Source: Felis catus (lineage: Eukaryota). Taken from it: a stretch of DNA of 64,000 bases. Under the pieces are notes generated by a model, which saw nothing but the letters and a program-made list of their open reading frames with translations, searched no databases and was not told where the DNA came from. Positions 12,372-25,784 of this stretch are shown here, one piece after another. The translations under genes were made by a program, and so were the position numbers. Numbering within the stretch: the first letter of the stretch is position 1; every line of letters begins with the position of its first letter. The stretch lies in the NCBI RefSeq assembly GCF_018350175.1, contig NC_058368.1, positions 92,630,001 to 92,694,000 on the forward strand, in the 5' to 3' direction.

Positions 12372-14172
12372 TTTTTTAATATATGAAATTTATTGTCAAA
12401 TTGGTTTCCATACAACACCCAGTGCTCATCCCAAAAGATGCCCTCTTCAATGCCCATCACCTACCCTTCCCTCTCTCCCACCCCCCCCCATCAACCCTCA
12501 GTTTGTTCTCAGTTTTTAACAGTCTCTTATGCTTTGGTTCTCTCCCAGTCTAACCTCATTTTTTTTCCTTCCCCTCCCCCATGTGTTTCTGTTAAGTTTC
12601 TCAGGATCCACATAAGAGTGAAAACATATGGTATCTGTCTTTCTCTGTATGGCTTATTTCACTTAGCATCACACTCTCCAGTTTCATCCACGTTGCTACA
12701 AATGGCCATATTTCATTCTTTCTCATTGCCACGTAGAACTCCATTGTGTATATAAGCCACAATTTCTTTATCCATTCATCAGTTGGTGGACATTTAAGCT
12801 CTTTCCACAATTTGGCTATTGTTGAGAGTGCAGCTATAAACATTGGGGTACAAGTGCCCCTATGCATCAGTACTCCTGTATCCCTTGGGTAAATTCCTAG
12901 CAGTGCTACTGCTGGGTCATAGGGTAGGTCTATTTTTAATTTTCTGAGGAACCTCCACACTGTTTTCCAGAGTGGCTGCACCAGTTTGCATTCCCACAAC
13001 AGTGCAAGAGGGTTCCCGTTTCTCCACATCGTCTCCAGCATCTATAGTCTCCTGATTGGTTCATTTTGGCCACTCTGACTGGCGTGAGGTGATATCTGAG
13101 TGTGGTTTTGATTTGTATTTCCCTGATGAGGAGCGACATTGAGCATCTTTTCATGTGCCTGTTGGCCATCTGGATGTCTTCTTTAGAGAAGTGTCTATTC
13201 ATGTTTTCTGCCCATTTCTTCACTGGATTATTTGTTTTTTGGGTGTGGAGTTTGGTGAGCTCTTTATAGATTTTGGATACTAGCCCTTTGTCCGATATGT
13301 CATTTGCAAATATCTTTTCTCATTCTGTTGGTTGCCTTTTAGTTTTGTTGATTGTTTCCTTTGCTGTGCAACAGCTTTTTATCTTCATGAGGTCCCAATA
13401 GTTCATTTTTGCTTTTAATTCCCTTGCTTTTGGGGATGTGTCAAGTAAGAAATTGCTACGACTGAGGTCAGAGATGTCTTTTCCTGCTTTCTCCTCTAGG
13501 GTTTTGATGGTTTCCTGTCTCATATTCAGGTCCTTTATCCATTTTGAGTTTATTTTTGTGAATGGTGTGAGAAAGTGGTCTAGTTTCATTCTTCTGCATG
13601 CTGCTGTCCAGTTCTCCCAGCACCATTTGTTGAAGAGACTGTCTTTTTTCCATTGGATGTTCTTTCCTCTTTGTCAAAGATGAGTTGGCCATACTTTTGT
13701 GGGTCTAGTTCTGGGGTTTCTATTCTATTCCACTGGTCTATGTGTCTGTTTTTGTGCCAATACCATGCTGTCTTGATGATTACAGCTTTGTAGTAGAGGC
13801 TAAAGTCTGGGACTGTGATGCCTCCTGCTTTGGTCTTCTTCGAAATTACTTTGGCTATTCGGAGCCTTTTGTGGTTCCATATGAATTTTAGGATTGCTTG
13901 TTCTAGCTTCGAGAAGAATGCTGGTGCAATTTTGATTGGGATTGCATTGAATGTGTAGATAGCTTTGGGTAGTATTGACATTTTGACAATATTTATTATT
14001 CCAATCCATGAGCACAGAATGTTTTTCCATTTCTTTATATCTTCTTCAATTTCCTTCATAAGCTTTCTATAGTTTTCAGCATACAGATCTTGTACATCTT
14101 TGGTTAGATTTATTCCTAGGTATTTTATGCTTCTTGGTGCAATTGTGAATGGGATCAGTTTCTTTACCTGTC
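12372..14172 (-). mobile_element. 5'-truncated felid L1 (ORF2 C-terminus plus 3' UTR), frameshifted
   Basis: ORF-track peptides match L1 ORF2 ([39 protein letters not shown]); TSD TCAGAAAGGAAATT at 12358-12371 and 14173-14186. Confidence 0.97.
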
Positions 14173-14425
14173 TCAGAAAGGAAATTCTTAAGCAACCATC
14201 ACTCTGGTCAAGAAATAGTATGTTGCCAGCTTTCCAAGTCTCCCTGTTTGCACCTAACTGATTCCAACTGTGGCCCTCTCCCCCCAGTTAACCACTGTGT
14301 CCCACGTTGACTTGCTTTTCTTTGAAGTTTGGCTACTTATGCATGCCATTTTAGGCAGTCTAATCGAATTTTCCCTGATTTTACACTTTTTTTCCCCAAA
14401 ATTGTCATTTAAAAAGTGTGAAGCC

Positions 14426-14648
14426 GGGGCACCTGGGTGGCTCAGTTGGTTGAGCGGCCAACTTTGGCTCAGGTCATGATCTCGCAGTCCGTGAGTTCGA
14501 GCCCCACGTCGGGCTCTGTGCTGACAGCTCAGAGCCTGGAGCCTGTTTCAGATTCTGTGTCTCCCTTTCTCTGATCCTCCCCCATTCATGCTCTGTCTCT
14601 CTCTGTCTCAAAAATAAATAAACGTTAAAAAAAAAATAAAAAAAAAAT
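14426..14648 (+). mobile_element. Can-SINE
   Basis: Full length with A tail. Confidence 0.92.
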
Positions 14649-14694
14649 AGAAAGGGTCAAGCCAAGAGAAAGTTGCAAGTGCCATAGGTTAAAA

Positions 14695-14910
14695 TTTTTT
14701 TTTTTTAATATTTATTTATCTTTGACAGAGAGGGACAGACAGAGCATGAGCAGAGGAGGGACAGAGAGAGAGGGAGACACAGAATCTGAAGCAGGCTCCA
14801 GGCTCTGAGCTGTCAGCACAGAGCCTGACGTAAGGGTTGAACTCATGAATGTGAGATCATGACCTTAGTTGAAGTCAGATGCTTAACTGGCTGAGCCACC
14901 TAGGTGCCCC
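14695..14910 (-). mobile_element. Can-SINE
   Basis: Full length, TSD-like caagt...taggttaaa. Confidence 0.92.
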
Positions 14911-15179
14911 TTCAAGTATCCTAGGTTAAATGAAAGGAACATTTCTTGCACAACTAAGGAAATTTTAATATGGACAGAGTATGAAATGATATTAAGGAAT
15001 TCTAATTTTGTTAAGGACAAATGATGTTCATTTGGCTAAGTAGGAAATGTTGTCAATTTTAGAGATGCAGACTAAGATATTTAGGGTGTGATATCAAGAT
15101 GGCATTAACTGACTTTGAAATATTTAAGCATAAACAAATAAAATGAGTTTTAAAAATACATACCATACAAACCAAAGTA

Positions 15180-17300
15180 GGACAAGAGAACGTTTTAGAG
15201 TAAGATCTGTTGTCCTTTACCAACCAACAACTATTAGGTACTTAAAGAAAACCCAGCCCCTGGCTGGCCCCTGGATCCTGGTGGAGTTGAATGAATGGCT
15301 ATGAGTCACGAAGTTGAGTATGTGACCTCAGGTGCCAATCATGAACTGTGTTACCTAATCCACTGAGCCATAACATTGGACACGCACAGTCACACTCTAT
15401 AAAATAGAAACAGAACATGGAGACAGGGTCTGAACAGGTCCAAAAGGCAAAAGTAAACTGCAAGATCAGGTGGCTCAGATCCCCATGGTACCTGCTTCTC
15501 CTGCTTCCTGCCTCTCCCTCAACCCACACCTATGACTTCATAACTGGTTCCCACTGGCTGGTTAAAAGAAGAGGGAAAAACGTGGTCCTGGTTACAGATG
15601 TATCTGCCCCATATGCTAAGGAAAACCAGCTTCTATACTGCACTCTCACACTGGGTGTCCTGGGGGTGGGGAGGGCCCTGGTGAAGGGAAATCCTCCCTA
15701 TGGACAGAACTTAAGATGGTGCATCTGTTGTCCACTTGGCGTTAAGGGAGAGATGGTGTAAGGTACACATCTACATTGGCTGATGGACAGGCATTAGCAC
15801 ATTGACCTGCCACTCAGGGGTTAGGAACATATTGGAAAATGGTGGAGAAAGACTTCTGGGAACAAGAGATGTGGATATTCATCTCAGAATGGCATGGGGT
15901 ATAAGATACATGTCTTAAGTAAATGTGTTCCATAGGACAACCACTGTGAAGGAGACCCTCAGAAATCAGGTGGACAGTATGACTCATTCTCTAGATGTCA
16001 ACTTCTTTTTCCAACTACTTTGGAGCCAATTTAATGGATCCATGTTACCACGTGGCCATAGCAGCTGGGAGAGAGGCTATTCATAGGCTTTTCTTACCTA
16101 GGCTAATCTGGCTACTGCTGTGTTGAATGACCAACCTTCTAAAACCTGATGCTGATGCTGAGGTCCCATCTGGTACCATTTACCCAGTTGGGCTGGCTAC
16201 CTCATGGTAGATTAATTCTAATTCACCACTCCCATTATGCAGAGTGCATCACTTTGTCCTTAGAGGGAAGATACATCCTTCACAACGGATTTGCCTTCTC
16301 TGCTTGCAAGGTTTCTGATAGCACTACCATTTGTGGACTAGCAGAATGCCTGCTTTATTCATTGCCAATGCATCCCATACAGTATCATGTCTGGCCAGGC
16401 AGCACATTTTATGGCAAAGAAAGTGAGACTCATCCTCCTGAAATGGTCTTACCCTGACATCCTATGGTGGCTGGCACAATAGAATCAAGGGGTGCCCAGT
16501 AAAGACTCAGTCATGGTGCCAGCTGGAGTGGAGTTTCCCCAAGGATTTGGTGCCATCCTGAAGGGTGAGATTCTTGCCTTAAACTAACAGCCTGTATATG
16601 GTGCTGTCCCCATAGTCAGAAAGCATCAAGGCAAGGGAGGAAGTGGGAGTTTCCTCTTGCTATTGTCCCTAATAACTCACTTGTATTGCTTTTTGTTTTT
16701 TGGGGTTCTTTTTTCTTTTCTTCCAGTCCCCATGGCTGATGAGTTTGGAGGTTCTAGTACCCAAGGAAAATAGTCATAGCTCTGATGAACTGAAAAATGA
16801 GACCAATCCATGGCCATTTTGGGCTTTGCATGCTAATGAACTGACAGGCAAAGAAATGGGTCACTATACAGACTGGGGTGAGTGATCTCTTAAGTAGGCT
16901 TCACACCCAGTGTGGAGCCCAACACAGGGCCTGAACTCAGGACCCTGAGATCAAGACCTGAGCTGAGATCAAGAGTCAGATGCTCAATTGACTGAGCCAA
17001 CCAGGGACCCCTGGGGTAAGTTGTTCTTAATTTCCAAGAGAAATTGTATTTCTGCTACAGATTAGGGGCAGAGAAGTTTGACTGAAGTGCCTCTTCCTTG
17101 CCCAGTAGTATCGGTCAATGGAAAACTTCAGCAACCCATTGATATGAGTATTAAGTATACCGATTTTACAGGAAAAAAATTTTTAGTCAATGTCTCTATA
17201 TAAAAAACTAACTGCATCCAGCCAAGATGCTAATGGAACTCGAGGGAAACATGAAACGAGTGATAGAAAAAAGGTAGTGATATTACCATCTTAGGTATTG
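15180..17300 (+). mobile_element. Degenerate ERVL pol (tether/RNase H/integrase) internal region; SINE at about 16885-17012 inside
   Basis: Frameshifted peptides PLSHNIGHAQSHSIK, TGPKGKSKLQDQVAQIP and EGKSS..WTELKMVHL resemble ERV-L pol. Confidence 0.75.
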
Positions 17301-17544
17301 GCAACAGCTGCAGAGGAAGGGGCCGTAATCACTTAATTATTTTTCCCTACCTCCATTCTCTTATCTTCTATAAAGAACAGTGATGATACTAGCATTTTAG
17401 ATTTCATGTGGAAGGAAGAGCACATTGACATCATTTTGTGCTAATATGGGAGCTGAAGGAAATGTGTGTCCCTTGTATTGAGGACATACACTTTCCACCC
17501 AATTGAAAAATAAGAATGAACTTGGAGGGGGTGAAGGGATGGAT

Positions 17545-18240
17545 TCTGCTGTCCACCCACCATTTGACATTTTAAAGCTATCTCTATCCTTCTCCACCCT
17601 TCTCTACACCACAGGAAGCTGACCTACGTGGATTATATAACAAGCCATCTTAACCTCTGGCTTCTAATTGCATTTGGCCAGTGGGGACCCCTAGTCTGAG
17701 ACAGAAGAAAGGAAATTTTAGATATTTGTCCCCCTAGCTCTGTTCCTGCAGGAGGAAACCTCTGGCTAGCTGGTTTCCTTTACGTCTCTCGATAGTCGTT
17801 TTGCATGACTGACTCTTTCTGAGTGCCCATTGGCTCTTCCTTCACTAGAGACCTAGTCTTGGTAATGATGTCACTGTTAAGAACTGCACGGTGCTTCCTG
17901 ATGAGGAACGACGTTGAGCATCTTTTCATGTGCCTGTTGTCCATCTGGATGTCTTCTTTAGAGAAGTGTCTATTCATGTTTTCTGCCCATTTCTTCACTG
18001 GATTATTTGTTTTTCGGGTGTGGAGTTTGGTGGGCACCTTTTGGGATGAGCACTGGGTATTGTATGGAAACCAATTTGACAATTAATTTCATGTTAAAAA
18101 AAAAAGAACTGCACAGTGCTCCATATCTTCCATGTTTCTCTGCACCCTACCCTTGCCTTCATCAATGGTCTCTCTAAGAATCCTCCTCAAATTGTCCTAA
18201 TTCAGTACTACCAATTTCCTGCTGGTACCCTGATGGACAA
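17545..18240 (+). mobile_element. LTR33-like ERVL LTR interrupted by a short L1
   Basis: ccttctccacccttctc...gctgacct...ctctggcttct...ttggcca...ttcctgctggtaccctga motifs recalled from LTR33. Confidence 0.65.
17896..18103 (+). mobile_element. Short felid L1 with 5' inversion (twin priming)
   Basis: Antisense ORF2 piece 17896-18032, then sense 3' end and poly-A; TSD AAGAACTGCAC(G/A)GTGCT at 17879-17895 and 18104-18120. Confidence 0.93.
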
Positions 18241-18534
18241 TGGGTGATATTAAAGCATATGTGCATGCTGATGGGAATAATCTAGTAGAGAGAGAAAACT
18301 TGATGCAGAAGAGGTAGAAGATATTTGCAAGACAGAAGGTCTTAAATGGTTGAGAGGGGATGAAACACAGAAGCAGGTCTGATCTTAGGAGCAGGGAAAA
18401 TTCATCTATTGGAGTAGGAGTGAGGGCAGAGTGTATGAGAGGAAGAGCAGGTAGCTTGATGGGTTTGTTGTTATGCAGGGTATAACAGCTATTTGGGGGC
18501 TGCTTCTAACTTCTCCGTGAATTCATACATGTAA

Positions 18535-18960
18535 GCTCGTTGGCAAAGGCTTCTTAAATAGGACATAAAAAGCACTAATCGTAACAGAAAAAAAAAAAAG
18601 ATCTCTTGGACATTATTAAAAGTAAGAATATCTGTTCATCAAAAATCACCAACTGGAAAGCAAAAAGCTATGGTCTGGCCTGGGAGAAGACATTTAAAAA
18701 AGACATAAACATCAAAGGATACATATCCAGGATGTATGAAGAATTGCAAATTGATATGAAAAAGACCAATGGCCTAATGAAAAAAATGGACAGCATACCT
18801 GGATTGGCACTTAACATAAAAAGATATCTAAGTGGCTCTACACATAAATATCATTATTTATCAGAGAAGTGCAAATTAAAATAACAATGAAATACCACTA
18901 CCCTTAAATAATAATAGTTAAGGTATAAAAGACTGACAATAACGAGTGTTGATGGAGAGT
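18535..18960 (+). mobile_element. Old L1M ORF2 3' fragment
   Basis: Degenerate similarity to L1 ORF2 (tcagagaagtgcaaattaaaataacaatgaaataccact). Confidence 0.75.
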
Positions 18961-18999
18961 GGGACTCAGCTTGGCAGAGTTTAGTGAGTTGAGTGTGAC

Positions 19000-19054
<55 letters not shown>

Positions 19055-19232
19055 AGAGGACTGAGGATATGGACAAAGAAGTGATTGGAGCAATGGCATA
19101 GAACCTAGTCAAGTGAGGTGGGAGGTGAGCAATGAGGAGGGTGATGGATGGCGAAAAGCTCAGTGGTGGGACCTCTAGTGCCCAGATAATTTTATTTTTA
19201 TTTTTTATTTTTTAAGCAATTTCTACACCCAC

Positions 19233-19358
19233 AGTGCCTGGGTGGCTCAGTCAGTTGAGCATCAGACTCTTGATTTTGGCTCAGGTCATGATCTCACAGT
19301 TGTGAGATCAAGCCTGGCATTGGGCTCTGTGCTGGTTATGGAGCCTGCTTGGGATTCA

Positions 19359-19392
<34 letters not shown>

Positions 19393-19478
19393 CTGTCCCT
19401 CTCCCACCCCAGCTCTCATGTATGCACGTGTGTGAACGCTCTTTCTCTCTCTCAAAAATAAATAAAATATTTAAAAAA
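19233..19478 (+). mobile_element. Can-SINE
   Basis: Head, CT tract, A tail. Confidence 0.88.
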
Positions 19479-19724
19479 CACTTAATTCACTGGGAAATTA
19501 GCTAGTTTACTACTACACATAAAATAAAAACAAAAAGGAATATAGCCTGGTACATCAATATTTTGTTCTTTACCCACTCATTCGCCAAATCAGGTGCAGA
19601 GACATCTGCAGATTCATCCATCCATCCATCCATCCATTCATCTATTCATCATCCAACTTTCCACTCAGCTATTAAATAAAGACACGGAGTGTCAGGCAGT
19701 GTGATATACACAGTGAAGGAAGTA

Positions 19725-20150
19725 CCATAGTCCCCCCTTATTTGTGGAAGATATATTCCAGGACACCCAGTGGATGCCTGAAATCATGGTTAGTGCAGAA
19801 CCCGGTGTATATACCATGTTTTCTCCTATATGTACATACCTACGATAAGGTTTCATTTATAAATTAAGCATGGCAAAAGATTAACAATAATAAATAATAA
19901 AATAGAATTATAATAATATACTATAAAAAGTTATGTAGATGTGCTCTTTCTCTCTCAAAATATATTGGGTACTGTATTCACCTTTCTTGATGTGGGATGA
20001 TAAAATGCCTATCTGATGAGATGATGTGAGGTGAATGACGCAGGTTTTGTAACCTAGTGTTAGGCTGCCACTGATCTTCTGACAATATGTCTGCTTCTGA
20101 ACTGCCACTGATCTTGGGTCACTGAAACCGTGGATAAGGGGGGACTACTG
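19725..20150 (+). mobile_element. MER44-type (Tigger7) non-autonomous DNA transposon
   Basis: TIRs c(c/a)(a/g)tagtccccccttat at both ends, TA flanks, MER44B-like interior. Confidence 0.85.
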
Positions 20151-20225
20151 TACCGAGAGAATGCCCTGATTCTCAATCATCACAATGTGATTGGGGAATC
20201 AAATGCTATAAATTTGAAACCTAGA

Positions 20226-20445
20226 GGGGCGCCTAGGTGGCTCAACCAGTTAAGTGTTCAACTTTGGCTCAGGCCATGATCTCACAGTTTGTGAGTTCGA
20301 GCCTTGTGTTGGGCTCTGTGCTGACAGCTCAGAGCCTGGAGCCTGCTTTGGATTCTGCATGTCTCTCTCTGTCCCTCCCCCACTTGCGCTCCCTGTCTCT
20401 CTCTCAAAAATAAATAAATATGCATTAAAAAAAAGCTATTAAAAA
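20226..20445 (+). mobile_element. Can-SINE
   Basis: TSD aaatttgaaacctaga. Confidence 0.92.
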
Positions 20446-21558
20446 TTTGAAACCTAGAAATCAAACAAGTGTACAATAGGTTAATTCTCAGTCCTAATAC
20501 ATTAATAAGAGGGATAAAGCATAAGAGACTAAGAAGCATATTCATTATTCCATGAATAGCATGGAATCTGTGTAAGCAGTCCCTATGGAAAATGGACATC
20601 AGCTGCACTGCTAAAGAATAATAAAAACACATTTTTTTTAGAGAGAGCCAAAGAATTCAAGAAAGAAGCAGAACACTGCAGCCAAGGTGTCTACCCTCCC
20701 CAGGTGACACCTGGTGAGAACCCCATTGGCAGCCCCCTTGGAGGTCACCAGGGCATAAAGGCATAAAGCCTTCCCAAAGAGTAAGAGTCTTCATATGTTC
20801 CCTTCAGTTCACAGCAATGGCACCCTACTGAGCAGAAAATTAAGCAGGGGCTAGGTTATGGTTGATTTACTCTTTTAGGTGCTACCAGACTCGTCTCTTC
20901 TAGTCCCTGTCCATTGTGTATTCATGAGCCGGGTTGTGGCTATCTTTCATCCTTTATTGTATTCAGGGTCGGAAAAAAAAAAAAACCCATGTAAAACCAT
21001 TTTCCTGGCTGAATGGGTGAAATAATTTAAAAGCCATATGTTAGCCTGGCGGCTTGTCTAACAACCCAGAGTTTCTCTGCAGAACAATAATTAAAGTAGC
21101 TCTTTCTTTATTATATAAATGATTCATTCACTTTTTAACACCAGGTGGATGTGTACGTTTCTAAGGAATGAGTATCCAAGACAGCTCTGCCATTCCAAAA
21201 GTCACCCCCATCAGCTTGTCACATTTTCATCATGAAGTTACTGCCCAGCTGCATTCCTGGGGACCGGATACCTTCACCTTACATAATTGTAAGATCACAC
21301 AATAAGCTTAATGTCGTGTGTGACTGCATAACAGACATTGGAAATGCATGCATCTACTCAGTGGGAACAAAATTCTTCATAAGGGTGAGAATGGATTTTG
21401 TGGATCTCTTCTATATATCCTGACAATATGGGATTTAATGTCTCCATCTCCCTGAGGTACAATTCATGGAGACAATATGGGAGGATGAGATTTCTTAATA
21501 GGTACAAGCAGTGAGATAAGACTCCAAAAATGATCCAGGGGGTGGGGTGAGGAAAGGA

Positions 21559-21826
21559 GGGGCACCTGGCTGGCTCAGTCGGTAGAGTGGGCGACTCTTG
21601 ATCTCTGGGTTGTGAGTTTGAGCCCCACATTGGGTGCAGAGACTGCTTTTTAAAAAATATTTATTTATTTATTATTGAGAGAGAGAGAGAGCGAGCAAGG
21701 GAGGAATCCTAAGCAGTCTCCACTCTGTCAGCGTAGAGACTGACCCAGGGCTCGATCTCAGAACTGTGAGGTCATGACCTAAGCCAAAATCAAGAAGCTT
21801 AACTGACTGAGCCACCCAGGTGCCCC
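21559..21826. mobile_element. Two abutting Can-SINEs tail to tail (+ 21559-21657, - 21658-21826)
   Basis: Heads at both outer ends. Confidence 0.85.
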
Positions 21827-22242
21827 TAAGTATTTTGAATCCAAGTAATAAGACCTGTGCATCTGGAAAGACTATATTTACCAAACAATAAATATTTGAA
21901 TAACAAAAACAAGGCAGCTATTTATGTATTTCCAAATGCTTTGATCCTTGGTGTTTCCAAATACCTTGATCTTTCGATTTTGCAATCAAAACAATCAACT
22001 CAAAAACTCTCATAGCACAGAATAGCAATCTCATAAAAAACAAAAGCTCTCAGGAGCCTCAAATTATTCCATACAGTTTAGGAAAAATCAGGTCAGTAGC
22101 AACCGTAATATTTTATCAAAGATTGCTTTTTATTGTAAAAGAAATTTGTTCTCATGAAATAAACTTTAGACAATATAAAAAATGCAAAGGAAGTAGTCAT
22201 GATCTCTAACTGCAACACTAAAAGATAATTGCCACAGATACA

Positions 22243-22286
22243 CGGTTGACCCTTGAACAACACAGGATTTTTTTTAAATCTTTGTT

Positions 22287-22332
<46 letters not shown>

Positions 22333-22806
22333 GGAGGGGCAGAGAGAGAGGGAGCCACAAAATCTGAAGCAGGCTCCAGGCTCTGAGCTGCCAGCACAGA
22401 CCCCAACACGGAGCTCGAACTCGCAAACTATGAGATCATGACCTGAGCCAAAGTCTGACACTTAACCAAATGAACCACCCAGGAGCCCCTGAACAACACA
22501 CGTTTGAACTGCGCGGGTCCACTGATATGCAGATTTTTTTATAGACCAGCACTGTAAATGTATTTTCTCTTCTTTATGATTTTCTTAGTGACAGTTTTTC
22601 CCTTGCTTGCTTTATTGTAAGAATACAATATATAATATATATACAAAATATGTGTTAATCGACTGTGTATGTTGTTGGTAAGGCTTTTGGTCAACAGTAG
22701 GCTATTAGTGGTTAAGCTTTTGGGGAGTCAAAGTTATATTCAGATTTTGATCGCAAGGGTGGGGGTTGGTGTGCCCCTAACCCTCGTGTTGTTCAAGGGT
22801 CCACTG
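22243..22806 (+). mobile_element. Tigger2a/MER28-like DNA transposon interrupted by a Can-SINE (22268-22488, -)
   Basis: TIRs gttgacccttgaacaacac / gtgttgttcaagggtccactg; SINE TSD tgaacaacaca. Confidence 0.85.
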
Positions 22807-23759
22807 TATTTCCCATATCTGGAAAAATTTGCTCTTTGTGTGTGTGTGTGTGTGTGGGCACTAGTCTTAAGTATAGGTTGGGTGTGGGGACTCAGCTGTT
22901 ACCCTGAACAGAAGAAGGGATCGGACACTAGGGAGAAGCTTGCCCTGCTTGATGCCTGCAGCAAAGACTGCCATCGGAGGGTCATCTACTGTCATCCGTC
23001 TGCTGTTTTTCCCTTAGGGAGTCCTAAACTTGTGTTTGCACCTCAAAATTATTGGTGGGGCAAACTTTTCCCTCTACTGCTGATCTTTGCCTCTTCCCAG
23101 AGCCCAGAAGACCACAGCTCCATCCAAGGTCTCTTTCCTGAATCCGCAGCACAAGGTCAAGAGAAGGAAGGTTTCAGGCGCAGACACGAGGGCTAATACA
23201 CCAAACCTGTGCCAGATCCTAATACGGTTTCTTCTGGGAACTCTCCTTTCAGACTGGGCTCAACCTGGGACAAAGATGATAGTGTAGACAGTGCCCTGAG
23301 GTCAGAGGCAGAGAAATCCTGTTGCTTTTCAATGAGAGGGGCTACCTCAGGGAGATCCTTGAAACCCTGGGGGAGCTTGGGGGCAGGCTGCCTTCATAGG
23401 TAAACTGCTCGCCTTTACTATATAGTTCAGAGACAACGACTGTCTGTGAGGTGTGGAGAATGGAAACAGCCTCTCAGTACCTAAAAAAAAAAAAAAAAAA
23501 GAAAAAAGAAAAAAAAAAGGTAAAAGGTTTTCATTTTACATACCTGGCCTTACAAGTGTGGAAAATGCTATGCCTGCAAATTTGCCTCCGTGGAGAGACC
23601 CTGACTGCCTGACCTGTGCAAATGTGGTTGCGAGACAGGACCATGAGCAGGTGAAGGGAATTTACGACCCGTTCAAGGGGACTGTGCAACATGGAAGAGC
23701 GGGACCTGGCTGATCAGAACAGATGGTTCCAGGGAACTAGAGCTAATGGAAGGGAATTC

Positions 23760-24225
23760 AAATAAAAAACCCCTGGGAACTCTCAAGGAGACAAAACTAG
23801 AGCATTCAAAGTACTTAGGGAGCCTGATCCCATCCTTTCTGCCTTTGAAAGTTGGGTAGATGAACTTAAAAAGAAGACGATTTCTCCAGAGCACAGAATT
23901 AGTACTTTGAAAAAAGAAATCTCTCACAACAGAGAGCTAAAACACAGAGGCAGATTATAGGAAGCAGTAAGGAGTTTGGAGAATAGCTCTGGGAGTATTC
24001 TGCCAAGTATCCTGAATTCAAAGGATGGAGAGAAATTCTTAATAGATTCCAGTAGGGGGTAAAAAGGTGTTATTTATATACCAAAAAAGTATGCCGATAG
24101 CTTACGATATCTTATGGGCATCACTAGAAAGTAGAAGACAATGGAATAAATCGAGTGGGTCATTCAGAGTGAAGAACTGTGATCCTGAGAATTCAATTTC
24201 CGGTTGATGTGACATTTGTCATTCA
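23760..24225 (+). mobile_element. Old L1 ORF1/HAL1-like fragment
   Basis: tcactagaaagtagaagacaatggaat (SLESRRQWN) resembles the ORF1 TLEARRQW motif. Confidence 0.5.
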
Positions 24226-24229
24226 TCAT

Positions 24230-25129
24230 TAGGCAAGACTGTAAAGATGGCTCCCTAACAGCCCACCCTCCCTATTGGTCAAACACTAATCTAGATACCA
24301 ACGTGAAGGGATTTTGCGTGTAACCAAAGACCCAAGTTACTTGACCTTAAGTTATGGAGATTATCCACATGGGTCTGACCCAATCAGGTGAGCTCTGTAG
24401 ATGCAGAATTTTCTCTAACTGGTAACAGAAGATGAAGTTGGAGAGTCACACCATTGCTGGCCTTGAAGATAAGGGGGACCATATGCTAAGGAATATAGGC
24501 AGCCTGAGTGGCCCCTGTCTGATGGCCACCAGGAAAATGAGGACCCTGTTCTACAACCACAAGGAACGAATTCGGCCACCGATCTAAATGAGTAAAGAAG
24601 TGGATTTGTATCCAGAATTTCCAGATAAGAACCCATCCTGACCTTGAGTTCAGCCTTGCAAAAGCTTAAGCAGAGATTCCAGCCAAGTTTGCCTGAATTT
24701 CTGACCATAATTGTATTATGGGATACTAAGTGGGTGTCGTTTTATACTGTAATGTTTTCTCCCCCAGTGTTATTGAGAAAGAATTGACATACGTCACTGT
24801 ACAAGCATGAAGCATACAGCCTGATGGTTTCATTTACATATATTGTGAAACGATTATCACAGTAGGTTCAGCTAACATTTGTCATTTCATATACCATAAT
24901 ACAATAAAATGAAAGGAAAGAAAAAAAATTTTTCCTTGTGATGAGAACTCTTAGGATTTATTCCCTTAACAAGTCTCCTGTATATCATACAGCAGTGTTA
25001 GCTGTAGTCAGCATGTTGTACATTACACGCCCACTACTTATTTTTCTTATAACTGGAAGTTTGTACCTTTCGACCACCTTCCTCCAATCTCAGATACCCC
25101 ATCATCTGCCTTTGGTAACCACAAGTCTG

Positions 25130-25169
<40 letters not shown>

Positions 25170-25725
25170 AAAAAAAAAATACACATATAAAGTGAGACTA
25201 CACAATTATTTGTCTTTTTCTGTCTGACTTATTTCTCTTAGAGGTATGCCCTCAAGGTCCATCCATGTTGTCGCAAATGGTAGGACATCCTCGTTTTTTA
25301 TGGCTGAAGAATATTCCATTGTGTATATGTCCATTTTCTCTATCCATCCATTTAATGATGGACGCTTAGGTTGTTTCCATGTCTTGGCTATTGTTAACAA
25401 TGCTGCAGTGAACTTGGGGGTGCAGGTATCTTTCCCAGTTAGTATTTTCATTTCCTTTGAATATATACCCAGAAGTAGAATTGCTGGATTAAATGGTATT
25501 TCTGTTTTTAACTTTTTGGTGATTCTCCATACTGTTTTCCAGAGTGGCTGTACCAATTTATGTTCCCACCAACAGTGCACAAGGGTCACCTTTTCTCCAC
25601 GTCCTTGTCAGCATTTATCTCTTGTCTTTTTGATGATGGCCATTCTAACGGGTGTGATGTGATATCTCATTTATAAATTGTAAGATTTGTGCTGATTTGC
25701 TTTGTGGCAATAGAAAATTAATGCA
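24230..25725 (+). mobile_element. MLT1 (MLT1E-like) MaLR LTR interrupted by L1
   Basis: MLT1 motifs (ctacaaccacaaggaacgaattc, gcaatagaaaattaatgca end). Confidence 0.75.
24750..25670 (-). mobile_element. Older L1 3' end (ORF2 C-terminus plus 3' UTR)
   Basis: ORF 25206-25589 reads [17 protein letters not shown]...[11 protein letters not shown]. Confidence 0.92.
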
Positions 25726-25784
25726 AAGATATTTCAAAACATAGATGTTTTCAGAGAGCGTTCTATCCCATGTCTTATTTTTTG

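Noticed and set aside
12601..14059. L1 ORF2 peptides as functional CDS
   Set aside because: 5'-truncated and frameshifted element
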